From Reclinomonas americana ATCC 50394 (lineage: Eukaryota): DNA of 64,000 nucleotides. Below the pieces are notes generated by a model. The model was not told where the DNA came from. It did no database searches and worked only from the letters and a program-made list of their open reading frames with translations. The stretch lies in assembly GCA_048213135.1 (NCBI GenBank), contig PS015203.1, positions 62,001-126,000 on the forward strand. Reading direction: 5' to 3'. Positions within the stretch are counted from its first letter, which is position 1, and each line of letters begins with the position of its first letter. The position numbers and the translations under genes are program-made. Shown piece after piece: positions 63,401 through 64,000 of this stretch.

Positions 63401-64000
63401 TCCGTGCACCAGTGCAAATGTTGCTTGATACATGTACAGATAGTTTCTCTGCTGCTCACCTGGATGCAAGCGCAACCGAAACACGTTGAGCGCATACTCG
63501 GACAACCTGTGCCGCTGTACGGGTTCTTGTTGTCGGTCCAGTGGTTGCGCGTTGGGAATCAGAAGCCTGACTTGTTCGTGCCAATCATGCAGCGGCAAGT
63601 GCCCGTGGCTATTGATGGCCGCAACGAGCGCTTGCGCATATGGCGATGTGTAAACTGCAACGCACCGAACTTGCGCACGTCAGAAAAACCAGTAAACGGT
63701 ACGACGGAATTCTAGTCGTGACGCACCGCCCTCGTATGCTTCCCAGCCGTGATAGCAAGCAAAACTAACAAACACGTTTTGTGCCAGAACGCTCTCCTCA
63801 ATCGGGCCCACACCTTGTTGGAAGATGCTTCGCCCAGGCGCACAGAGAACAAGTGAGAAACAACAACACAAGCATCGCTCTGCAAAAACGTCTCACACCT
63901 ATCGAAGGAACGACAACAGTTCGTTAACAAGACGATTACTGTGCGCGTTGACGCTTTCTGGCGCAGTTGGTTCATGCAGTTCGCGATAAGCTTTAGCGAC
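60415..64000 (-). CDS. NLR-like STAND protein copy 5: caspase-like (peptidase C14) - NB-ARC-like - TPR (5' end off window)
   Basis: NTPase/TPR exons are homologous to copies 1-4 from 63365 downward. Upstream exons (64000-63899, 63827-63727, 63669-about 63460) splice in phase to VIVLLTNCCRS..NVFVSFACYHGWEAYEG..SPYAQALVAAI..HEQVR..QQEP. Confidence 0.8.

Noticed and set aside
41238-64000. Array as a transposon/provirus or as kinesin light chain genes
   Set aside because: No transposase, RT, integrase, capsid or terminal repeats are visible; the TPRs follow a STAND NTPase rather than the kinesin light chain heptad region.

Overview
Gene-dense, intron-rich eukaryotic (protist-like) DNA. Most introns are 55-75 nt; a minority are long and packed with microsatellites, and there are many N gaps. 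The left two thirds hold about 11 spliced genes: BTB-BACK-SPRY-like, a multi-histone-fold protein, EF-hand/PPKL-type phosphatase, RCC1-repeat, ATG3, an EF-hand protein, MORN1 and several unknowns. The right third (41.2-64 kb) is a tandem array of five NLR-like genes with an NB-ARC-type STAND NTPase and C-terminal 42-aa TPRs. Four copies carry an N-terminal domain resembling DZIP3-type HEPN, while the fifth carries a caspase-like (peptidase C14) domain on the same chassis. This looks like a modular innate-immune/cell-death receptor locus with effector swapping and variable, recombining TPR sensors. A second notable signal is a frequent atypical 5' splice site, GTTGCG. All gene models were spliced by hand and all domain calls are motif recognition, not database hits.
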